Shown piece by piece: positions 28,855-40,325 of a stretch of DNA of 64,000 bases. How positions within the stretch are numbered: the stretch's first letter is position 1; each line of letters starts with the position of its first letter. Location of the stretch: contig CM022671.1 in assembly GCA_012295275.1 (NCBI GenBank), positions 22,444,001 to 22,508,000 on the forward strand, written 5' to 3'. Below the pieces are notes generated by a model. It did not search any database and was not told the origin of the DNA. It saw only the letters and a program-made list of their open reading frames with translations. Source of the DNA: Chrysomallon squamiferum (Eukaryota > Animalia > Mollusca). The translations under genes and the position numbers were made by a program.

Positions 28855-30900
28855 GCGAGATCTGATGATGTTGATGATGAATGACGATGATGATGATCAA
28901 GATAATCTACTGCTTAGAAGATGTTTTATTTGTCAAGTTAGTCTACTAATAATTTAGCTTTTTTTTAGAAGTTCTGTATGCTTTGCAATCGAAACATACA
29001 CAACTGCTTCTCATTAGTTTGCACTGCGTAATATACGAGAAACAAAAGTTCATTTAGAATTTCAAAAAACAAATAATCATTAAAAAAAAGAAAATCTTTA
29101 TATAGATTTAAAAGGCAACAACATGTATAACTAACTATAGAACGAAATTCCAATACGTTGGTTTGTAAGAATGTTGTTTTATCACAGCAGAGAGAGAAAG
29201 AGAGAGAGAGAGAGATAGAGAGATGTTTGTGGTTCGAATCGATCCGAATGTTTCCGAAAGATAATTTATGATTTGCTATCCTGGACGGATAATATTTCTA
29301 TTCTATCTTCATAAATACTCATTTTTTATTTATTTGTACTTTGACATAAAATAATAAACTTTTTTGAAAAAAATGCGATAAAAAAAAAAAAAAATGTTAA
29401 TATTAATCATTCTTTATAAATATATAATAATCGAATGGATTTAAGTGTTTATAAAAAAAATTATCACAAATTAAGCTAACGATTCGGTCCCTTTAACAAT
29501 AATATAAAAAAAAAAAAAAAAAAAAAAGTAATCTAAACCATTATAGAGTGATTAGCTCAATTCAGAAATAAAAGAGGGTCCCAATTATGGACAATAATTC
29601 TCCGTGGGGGCTTTTATGAATACGAATTCGGACGCGCGAGGCAAACAAGTGTAAAAGATTGTCCAAACCCGTTACGAATGCTGATGAAGAGTTTAAAAAT
29701 CTCGATTACAGTCTAATCAACGGAGGATGATGAGGATTTGGCGATGTCGTCGCGAGTTTGCCTCTCTGCCCAGACCAGCGGAATAAAAATGCCTGATAGA
29801 CAAGAGTTGGGTTCGACTCAACTCGATGACACTTTATTTTCTGCATCCTTACCGAATCTCACGGGCCTTACACAGAGAGAGAGATGGCTGGCTGACTGGC
29901 TGGCTGGCTGGATGGATGGATGATCGCGATATGAATCTTCGAGTGACGGCTTGGCACTTGCGTTATGACAACAGCGCTGGAAATACCACTCCCGGGAAGC
30001 CAATTCGCAAGATTATTGTCTTTGGTCGCGCACATATTTGCATATCGCCAGCATCTGAGTACTTTGCCGCAAAAGACACGCTGGAATATCCGGAAAATGG
30101 ATCTTTTTTTTTTTTTTTTTTTTTTTTTTTTGTATTATGGTAGAGAGATAAGACGAAATTAGTTCTTTTTTTTTTTCAAAGATGGGTGACGAGTAATCGG
30201 TTTCAGAAAAAGAATGTGCGAAATATGTACGTATTAAACAATGAAAAAAAAGAAAAAAAGAAGGAAGAATGATAAAATGAACAGGTGTTTTTGGTAAAGA
30301 AGATAGAAAGTGCGAAGTTCTGTGTTAGACAAAATGAAACAAGATGTGAAAATAATATTTAAAAAAATTAAATTTATACAACTCTGCATATATTGTTCGT
30401 TTTTTAGTATATATAAATAATTTAAAAAAAATAATAATAAATTATATAAATAAGTAAATAAAAAAAAAATAAAAAGTATAAAGCAAAAATAACTGAAAGA
30501 AATATGATGAACATTTACTTTGAAATAAGCGTTGTATGAAATATACAGTAACATCGACATAACCAAAAATATATAAGAAGATAAAAAAAATACTACGAAA
30601 ATTACTAAGAAAATAAACGTGATATGAAATATGTAATTAAATATTCGAGACTTGAAGCAAAGTGTGAAATTAACATAAGGTTATAACAAGATATTAAAAT
30701 TAATATAAAACATGTAGCTCTCGGTTCTATTAATTAACCAGCTAAATCATCTTACTGTCTTATATACAAATGGTGAACAAAATAAATAAATAAAAAATTA
30801 AAATGATAACCAGAATAAATCCAAAAATTTCACATTTATTTTAATATATTTAAAATAAACGGAGAAATGAGTGAAATTTATCAAAAAAAAAATAATAAAA

Positions 30901-30940
<40 letters not shown>

Positions 30941-31315
30941 AAAGAATTTTAATAATAAATGTATACTCTTTGTTCGTATAATTTCTATAGTCGATGATCC
31001 CCAGTGCATTTATTTATTTATTTATTTTATTTTATTTTATTTTATTTTATTTTATTTTATTTTATTTTATTTTATTTTATTTTATTTTATATTTATTATT
31101 ATTTCCTTTATTTTACTTGTTTATTTTTTTTATTATTTTTTTTTTTTATTATTATCTTTATTTTAATTTTTTTGAATTTTTAGATATGTTCTTAGTTGGT
31201 ATATTATATTTAGTCGACTTCATAGTAACGGATGGTATATTCTGTTCAACAAATGTTGTGTAAGTCATATGTATATTCCTGTGTATTTTGCATTGTGATT
31301 GTTCATTTCATTCAG

Positions 31316-31336
31316 ACTGGACTGGGCTTCTTTCAG
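31316..31336 (+). CDS. Possible 21-nt alternative 5' extension of exon 3 (TGLGFFQ)
   Basis: A second acceptor, gttcatttcattcag|ACT, lies 21 nt upstream of the main one, in frame and without a stop. Usage cannot be shown from DNA alone. Confidence 0.5.
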
Positions 31337-31483
31337 ACCATCCTCAACTCCATGCATAAATATCAGCCTCGTTTTCATCTCGTGCGGGCCAATGACATCC
31401 TCAAGTTACCGTACAGCGCTTTTCGAACCTATGTGTTCAAAGAAACTGAATTCATAGCAGTCACAGCCTACCAAAATGAAAAG
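31337..31483 (+). CDS. Tbx2/3: Tbx2/3 coding exon 3 (T-box)
   Basis: Acceptor cttctttcag|ACC. Encodes [49 protein letters not shown], typical of Tbx2/3/omb. Donor AAG|GTAATT, phase 0. Confidence 0.96.
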
Positions 31484-31585
31484 GTAATTATATTTATTTA
31501 TTTATTTGTTTGTTTGTTTATTTTTTTGTTTATTTATTTGTTTGTTTATTTATTTGTTTGCTTATTTGTATTATATATATGTGTT

Positions 31586-31624
<39 letters not shown>

Positions 31625-31643
31625 CTGTGTGTGTGTGCGTGTG

Positions 31644-31688
<45 letters not shown>

Positions 31689-32688
31689 TTTTATTTATTT
31701 ATTTACTTATTATTATTATTATTATCATCATCATCATTATTATCATTATCATTATTATCGCAATATTATTTTTATTATTATTATATATATATTTTTTTAT
31801 TATACTCATCACCATTATATTCATCATGACTATTCTTGTCATTGTTGTTGCTTTCGATGTCATCATCCCAGTCATCATTATCTCTAAGTGTCGGGTGACA
31901 ATGTCTTTCTGTGAGAGACGTATGTTACCACACAAACAGTAAGAGCCCTTCAGAGTTTAATCTCATCCAGTATTAACTGTACATTAGAAAATCCTTTTCC
32001 CGTTCATCTGTCAACTGTCAACAGACCTTTGACTTAATCTGTGAAAGTGACATAATCCGGATCATATCTCTTTAATCCTCTGAGCGAAAGGCAAGATGTA
32101 GATTTATGACAAGGCGTACAAAGGGGAGATGGTCCTTCTGACAAAATAAGAAATAAAAAATCCTACTGTTTTTGGTTTCAGTTACGTCCAGTACGTTATT
32201 AAAAGGGCCAGATATATTCATTTAAAAGAAAATAATAATAATAAAAAATAAGAAAAATTATATTCTATATGATACGAAATATTTAAATATTCTAATCGGT
32301 ATATTTTGAATTTGGTATTAATCACTGAATTGAATTCAGTTACGGTATATTGTGTTGAACTAGGTGGCACTCCTTCGATCATACCAACATTGCAAAATGA
32401 TGGCAGATCATTTGTTTGTTTATCTTAAAGTCTTTTCGACTGGGTTGTTTCTGATAAACAACCACCAGACTGTCAGGAAGGGGAAAAGCTCAGTAAGGTG
32501 ACTTGATCCTGCAGTCTCACACATCTCCACGCAATATTTCAAACATTACAGCTTCAGTCCATTTCCCATCTCTGCAACACTTTCCTATGTCTAACGTTTC
32601 TTAACGGATTTAAAAACAACAACAACAACAAACAAATAAACAAACAAACCCCCCAAAAAAACAAGAACAAAGAAACCTCAAAAAAAAA

Positions 32689-32719
<31 letters not shown>

Positions 32720-33248
32720 AAAAAAAAAAAAAAAAAGAAATTAAAAGAAGAATCATGCATACTAAAGACAACCTATAAAAAAAAAATATTTCAGTATGTC
32801 TGGGTCGGGTCTGGTTTCAAAGTATTTCCTGGTATGTCTAGCAGGAAGTTTTAACAAAAATCGTGAAAAGGGAATCAGCTGTAGCAAATACATCAGTGCA
32901 TGTCGTATCGCGTTACTTCAGCAGGATTAAGTGGGTTTTATTCGGGTTTAAACACATGAAATGGATCTTGTTAAAATCTCTGCTGTTCTTCGTATATTTT
33001 TACAGATTTAAAGGTGCAGTCACACCGCACCATTTGTGGTAATGATTCATCTCATATTGTGGATATGAAATATTTAGGATTTATCAAAACAAAAAAAAAA
33101 TAAAATATAAATTACTAACAAACCCAAACAAATACAAATACAAATAAAGCAGAATTATGTGTTAAACATCCATTAATACATTTCAAATTTAAATTTTAAA
33201 ATTATGTATTGTTTTAATACTAATATTATTATCATCAGCATCATCATA

Positions 33249-33284
<36 letters not shown>

Positions 33285-33288
33285 TTAG

Positions 33289-33365
33289 ATTACACAGTTG
33301 AAAATTGATCACAATCCTTTTGCAAAAGGTTTCCGTGACATGGGCGGAGGAAAACGAGAAAAAAA
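33289..33365 (+). CDS. Tbx2/3: Tbx2/3 coding exon 4 (end of T-box and basic NLS-like motif); not in the ORF track
   Basis: Acceptor tattttag|ATT. Hand translation gives ITQLKIDHNPFAKGFRDMGGGKREK(K), the canonical T-box C-terminus. Donor AA|GTAAGA, phase 2. Confidence 0.96.
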
Positions 33366-33613
33366 GTAAGATTAGATTTATTTACATTTTCAGCATTACT
33401 TAAAATACTTGTTGTTTCTATTTTCTGGTCACTAAAAGTCTTTCTGTCATCTGCAGATTGTTTGTTTCACATTAGATTTAGACTTTTGTATGATAAGAAA
33501 TATAACGTCACTTTGAAGAAAGTATTTGAATGCGCTTTGACTGACTTGTCTGTATACATACATTTGTCTTAGTGAGATGGATTTGTGTATATGTGTGTGT
33601 AAATGTGTATGTA

Positions 33614-33729
<116 letters not shown>

Positions 33730-33959
33730 CGATAGATGGATAGAGAAAAATAATGACACACAGATATTACATTTATGACAAGACTATGTTATTAGTTTGA
33801 TCAAATGATACAAATGAATAACTGAATTTACAACCTGTATTTAATTTTAGTATATTTTTCTCTAATTTTCAAAAGGAAAATGTAACAGAGTACAAAAAAA
33901 AAATAAAATAAAATAAAATAAAATAAAATGCAAAATCCCAGATTAATCAGAGATCTTAA

Positions 33960-35330
33960 ACCACAGCAGCTAAATCTTTCTGCGGTCAGGATTAAGAAAA
34001 CTGACATCGGGTGATTTAGAAGTCATGCAACTGTCGTTTAACTCGTTTACAATTAAGGGGACTTCTTTCTTGAAGAGCGGTTGTCCTTTATACGCCAAGA
34101 AGTGAATTCTCTTTAATTTCGTGAGCGCAAATGCCATTAATTTAATCTCAGACGACGTCGGAAAGCTCGCGCGTGTTTCTTCTCCCACACCGCAATTCTT
34201 AATTTGCTCACAATTCGGCTAAATTTGTCCGTGAACGAATCTTTGAGCACCCTCCACCACAGAGCCGCTATTTCCATCCATCCTAAAGCCTCTTGGTCGT
34301 AATAGTCTGTAAAAATCCGAGACGTTATTTGTATTTCTAAATGAAGTCATTGAAGATGGCCGAACGCGAGGAACGAATAGGAAATAAGAGTTAATGAATT
34401 ACCCGGTTGTTGATTATAGCTTCTGCAGGCCGCGCGATGCGAGTGTCATCTTGCACGAGCTCGCTCATCACAGCCACACACAATCAGTGCCCCTTTTTTC
34501 TATTACGGAGGAATCCAGCGTAAAACAATTATCTAAATTGGTTATTGCTTGCCACCCCGGTCTTTAACGATTTACCCATCGCAGGAAACTGTACAATTGT
34601 GACACCGAAGCGTCTGAATGAGGCTGATGGCTGAAAACCTCGGAACTGTCTAAACATTTCCAATGAGGTTATCGTCGTAGAGCGGCCGTAATTGTAATTT
34701 CATCACGGACACATAATACCGCAGGCAACCGCAGAGCGGACACCATCGCGGAATGAAGACCTAGCGCTATTGAGCTGTGCAATTTTCTTCTTTCTAAGTT
34801 CGTTATGCTGAATGGCCGATCCGTTTTTGCGCCCGAAAAAAAATATTGAATAAAGCGACCCTGAAGAACTTTAGACCCCTCGCTATTGAGTTAACAATTA
34901 CGGCGTTTGTTCGCGACGTCTGTTGTCGTTTACGTTTCTCAACGCGTTCTCTGCTGTCACGACTAAAGATGAAAATGTTTAAACCGACTTCTGCCTCGCG
35001 TTAACAGTATCACGTGTCGCACAATCTGCAGCGCCAACATGAACCCGCTGACAGACGAAATGTAATTTAAATTACGTTTAAAGACGTTTCTACGAGAGAG
35101 GGAAACAAAAACGAAAAACAAAATGATGATCTCATTTGGCACCCTGGTTAACCTTCGAGAACGGCAAATGTGTATTTGTAGTATTTTCTTGTCGAAGATC
35201 GTGTTTCCCAGTCCGGTTATGAATAATTTTTGTGCTCGGTGTTTAATGCGCAGTCATCAGTCACGCAATGATATTGGATCATAGGTTGAATCCTAATATT
35301 ACGTTGTAAAATTTTCATTATTTAAATGCT
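33960..35330. promoter_or_regulatory. Repeat-free CpG-rich block in intron 4, candidate enhancer
   Basis: About 1.35 kb with no microsatellite, high CpG content, many TAAT/ATTA and ACAAT cores, and no credible ORF. Confidence 0.5.
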
Positions 35331-35444
35331 TAAAAACGAGCAGAAAAAAAAAAGAAAAAGAAACAAGTTAATTTTCTTTTCATCATGAAGAAATTAATTT
35401 TAATGTAGAAAAGGAAAAGTTTAGTTACATGCAAATATTGGTAT

Positions 35445-35642
35445 TGTATGTATGTATGTATGTATGTATGTATTATGTATGTGTGTGTGTACGTGTGTAT
35501 GTATGTATGTATGTATGTATGTATGTATGTATGTATGTATGTATGTATGTATGTATGTATGTATGCTTTATGTATATAAGTATGATGTATGTGTGTATGT
35601 ATGAATATATGTATGTATGTGTGTATGTATGTATATCTGTAT
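35445..35642. repeat. (TATG)n microsatellite abutting the exon 5 acceptor
   Basis: Directly visible; ends within about 20 nt of the AG. Confidence 0.93.
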
Positions 35643-35659
35643 ATATTATTATGTTTCAG

Positions 35660-35823
35660 AAGACTTATAACTCACACAGGAAATCAAAGCGATGTGTCTG
35701 GGATGAGTATTGAGCATGCGCAGGAAAACGATAATGCAGCAGGAAGTGACAATGACGACAATGAAATCTGTGTTGATGAAAGACTAACTCCTCCTCTACA
35801 GAACTGTGAACCCGTGATACCAG
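35660..35823 (+). CDS. Tbx2/3: Tbx2/3 coding exon 5 (acidic linker)
   Basis: Acceptor atgtttcag|A is phase 2 and completes AAA. Open frame RLITHTGNQSDVSG...NCEPVIP. Donor CAG|GTATTG, phase 1. This exon is needed to bridge phase-2 exon 4 to phase-1 exon 6. Confidence 0.82.
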
Positions 35824-35958
35824 GTATTGTGTTCGAGTCCTTTTGTAACTGTTACTCACTAATGCGATACAAACTTCTACGTTTACTTGAAGAATTTTCT
35901 TAATTAACTGCTAAGAAAGACAGATAGATATATACACAGACACACAAATACAGATACA

Positions 35959-36174
<216 letters not shown>

Positions 36175-36212
36175 TGGGAAATTGAAATTTATTATGTTTT
36201 GTATAATTTCAG

Positions 36213-37573
36213 AAAACAGTGAAATGACTGCTTCCGTAACAAATCCGAAATCCTGCGAAGAAAGCCGAGCAGAGTCTAACAAAATTACGAAGGGTACCGA
36301 TCTGGAACATGACACCAGCAAACAAACCACCGATGATTCCGACGACAGTTTCTACTACAGTGATTCGCCACATTCATCTCACGATCAGCACCGAGAACAA
36401 CCGAACGATAACGAAGTAAATGCCGGAAATAGTTCTATATGTATTGACGTTTCTGACTCCGAAAACTGTACAAATAACGAGAAAGATGTAGAAATGAAAG
36501 AAAATCCGAAAGACGTTATCGCCATCAAGGACGTCGAGACTATGCATGACGTTGCGGTAGTTCGTCACGTTGATGAGCGTAGCCCTGTGGACGTCATTCG
36601 CGACGTAGATGCAAACGATCACTCAAAAAAGACAGAAAGTAGCCACAAGGAAATTAGCTTTGTTAGTGACACGGATAAAGTTTCAGACAAAGTGGAAGAA
36701 ACTGTTAAACAGAGTCCAAAACCACATCGCATACACAGCGAGCACTCGAAATTTAAGATAGAACATTTGTGCACCAGTGCCGACCGATCCAGGTTCGAAC
36801 GCGAGAAGTGTCGAGCAGAGATGGACCGTCTGGAATCCGAACGATCAGATTCGGAAGGAGACTTCCAGTCGAGGAGTTTCGACAAAGATCGCGAGAAATA
36901 CTTCTTCAAGGAGCTCAGAAGTCCGCCGAACGTCACAGTTCTTCATCCGTCTGCGAACCACCCGATGTTTTCTTACTTCTGTCCGCCAGCAGGACTGTGT
37001 CCGTCGTCGTCAACGTCTCTCCCATTCCCCATCAACCCCAGCATCTTCTCGCACTTGCCCAGTTCGCTGCTCGGCGGATCCGCGGCTGACATGTCGCACC
37101 TCACGTCGCCTCACCTCCACGCCCCGGGGGTCGGGCCAAGCAGCGCTTTGCTGGGTTCGCAAGGACTCTTCTCCAACTCTCACCTACTACCTCAGAGCTA
37201 TTCCTCCATGAGCCATTCTCTAGGCATGCCGATCAGTTCACTGTCTCACCTGCACGGATCCCATCAAGTGAACTTTCTATTCGGATCCAGGTCGGGGCAA
37301 AGATACAGTCCCTACTCTCTCCCCATGACGAAAACGACAGCAGCGTCCCCCAGCACCAGCCTGGCTGCAGCGACGGGCATGCATCTGGGTCTGGGTGACG
37401 GCAACAGATCGCTGACGTCGGCGGTGCACGGCAGCAGCACGTCACCAAGTCACCGGAAATCACCTCTGTTCGGAATCACTTCCGCTTCTGGAAATCCCAA
37501 TAATGAGCTCAAGAACATGGAAAGAATGTTGAACGGACTTGACGGAAAAGTGGAAAGGAGAGAATTAGACTGA
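36213..37573 (+). CDS. Tbx2/3: Tbx2/3 terminal coding exon 6
   Basis: Acceptor tataatttcag|AA, phase 1 (G+AA = Glu). Long ORF with an acidic then S/P/H-rich region. Contains RYSPYSLP (cf. TBX2/3 R[YF]SPY.IP) and ELKNMERMLNGLD (cf. ELQSIQRLVSGL). TGA at 37571-37573. Confidence 0.92.
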
Positions 37574-37850
37574 ACTGTATTAATAAACTAAATTAAATTA
37601 TGAAATAATTTATTGAACAACCAAAGATTTTTTTTTTTTTCCCCAACAAAGAAGGCTGTGCTTGTTTTTGAGTGGTAACTTTATTCTTTCTCTTTTTTTT
37701 TTTTTTATGAGCCAGAACGTAAAAAAAAAAAAAAAAAAGAAGAAAAGAAAGAACAGAAACCCGATTTTGTTCAGAGAAAAACAAAATGTGTATCTTCTTC
37801 TAAATAAACTGTTGGTGTCGTTGTGTGTTGAAGTATACTTTGTTTTTTTC
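37574..37850 (+). terminator. Proximal 3' UTR with candidate polyadenylation signals
   Basis: AATAAA at 37582-37587 and 37803-37808, the latter followed by GT/T-rich sequence (37811-37849). AATAAA is common in this AT-rich DNA, so the true 3' end is uncertain. Confidence 0.35.
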
Positions 37851-40263
37851 ATTACTCGGTGTTTGATATCTATGACGTATGTTTCAGTTAGTGCTACGCA
37901 ACAGATGACGTCACACTGGATGTATAATTTGTGTTGTGATATACTGAGAAACACACACACAAATCATATTTATATATATATACTGGTTTAACTAGTGTTC
38001 TCTTTCTCTTCATGGATCTCATTTTCAAACTACACCAAAGATCATTTAGGACTTTTTATTATTATTGTTATTATTTTTATTTAAAGCTAAAAGTTTCTTT
38101 ATTAGAAACTTCACAATCCTGTATATTATTTTTATTTACTTTTTTTTTATCTTTTAGAAACAGTGTTTTACATAATTTGTTTTATCTCTGCGTTAGAAGA
38201 GATATTTAAACACCAAAGCTAAAATATAATAATATCGTAGTATTGTGTTTCATCATTACATATTATTAAACCTTATTTAACTTTAGAAAAACAACAAAAA
38301 ATAAATCATTTTGAAAACATATTTCACATATGCAGACAAACACAGATATACATGCTTAGGTTAATACATACATACCATATAATGCATACATACATAGACA
38401 CCTACATACACCCATACAAACATATAAACACACACAACATATTAATATAATTTCTTTCTGGTTTTTTTTTTTTTTTCTGTTTTTTTTTTTAAATCATATG
38501 CTTTTAAAGGCTTCATTCCATTAATATTCCATTAAGTGTCCCATTAAAAAATGATATTAATTTTTGAGATACCGCACAAGTATCTTAAGATTATCTTTCA
38601 AAATGTGATGAAAAAAATCTATTAAGGAACAAGCGACAGATATTCTCAAGACATTTTGCCAGGAATATATAATGATGATAAAACCTATTTACTATTCGTC
38701 TTATTATTAATTCATGTTTAACATTTTAAGGGATGAAAATACACATGTTTGTCAAATATCAAAGATATATCACGGAAATTTGTCACATTTATGGCACGTG
38801 TGGATAAGGTCGTTAAAGTAAATTATATATTTAATAAACAGCCCTAAGAACAGGATATGCATGGCATTCATATTTTATATATTTACCATTCTTTTATTAT
38901 TAAAGAAATGTTCGATGATATGCACTCTGTTACTGCGTCTTTAAATATTAATAATATTATATACAATACTTATTTAATACCCCTAACTTATGTGGAAATT
39001 AAATTGTTGTTTCGGTTATCATGAGCTTTTAATATGTGGAGATTTCCTGTTTATATCACTGTTGCTATAATTGTAAAGCTATAATAATACTTTTTTTTAT
39101 TATTATTTTCTCTTCCAGTTTGATTTCAGGTTCTTTGATTATTATTATTATTATAAAACTCTAACGATGTACAGAATATTATTTTAAAACATTTATAAAG
39201 AAAAAAAAATTAATTTCAGTTTCCTTAACTAAATACAGATATTAGTCTCGATAATTGAAAATTACAAGTCTCTGCTGTGTTTTCGACACTCGCTGTTTTC
39301 TGTGTATCTGTGATCCTCTTGTTTGACTGTTCAGGATCCGCCACCGGTGAACCCAGGGCTGTTCCAGACGTAATAAAAGAGGGGGCGTGGTTTGACATAA
39401 AAGGATATTTATCATTCTTTAATCCTCTCTTTATATATTTAAAAAAAAATTAAAAATTTTAAAAATTTTTAAAAAATTAATTCGATTAACAGAGAAGCAT
39501 AGTGTCATACCGACTTAAATGGTATTTTCGTGTTTTTTTTTTTGTTTTTTTTTACACCGCACCCTTTCTGACAGTTATCTCTGGAACTTCCCTTACAAGA
39601 ACAGTTAATGTTGTTTAACTAAGCCTCGATTGATGTAAAGTACCCTATGATTAAATTCTGATGAAATGTGTAATTGTGTTTGCGGTTTCCTTGGTGTGTT
39701 TTTTTTTTTTTTTTTTTTTTTTGTTCGCTATCTCACAACTTCTCTGTCGGACGTAGAGCCGTTTGATCCATCCCAGAAGTCTTTGCGAGTGATAATTTCT
39801 GTTCTGGCTGTCCCCGGGTTTCCACAATCAATCAGTTAGTTAGTTCTTACAGAAGTGGGTAAACATTTGTTTTTCTCGCTGTGGCGACAGACCCAACGCC
39901 TCGGTCTCTAGCGACCTATAAGTTTACAATCTGCTCTTCATTTCAGCAAATTTACTTTGTCGAAACGAGATTTCTCTTTGCCGTATTCTCCGGTAAAGTT
40001 CGTGCTGTCCGAAATTGACCATTATAAAAGGAGATAAAAAAAAATTATGCATGTAATGATAATGAAAATGTACAATGGACAAAAGATGATAGCGTGATTT
40101 TTTTTTTGGATATTTTTTTGGCAATATGTTTTTCCCAATCCAAACAGTTGCAGAAAGCCTGATCATTCAAAAGCTGAAGGATGTATATAAAGTATACTTT
40201 ATAGGTAACAACGATATCATTATTCAAAATAAAATTAAAATAAAATAAGAATATTTAGATAAA

Positions 40264-40325
<62 letters not shown>

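Noticed and set aside
32089-32112. AGGCAAGATGT, matching the 5' end of miR-31
   Set aside because: Only 11 nt match, the 3' half differs, and no convincing precursor hairpin is present.
37571-37591. Stop-codon readthrough
   Set aside because: The context is TGA-A rather than the leaky TGA-C, and an in-frame TAA follows after five codons.
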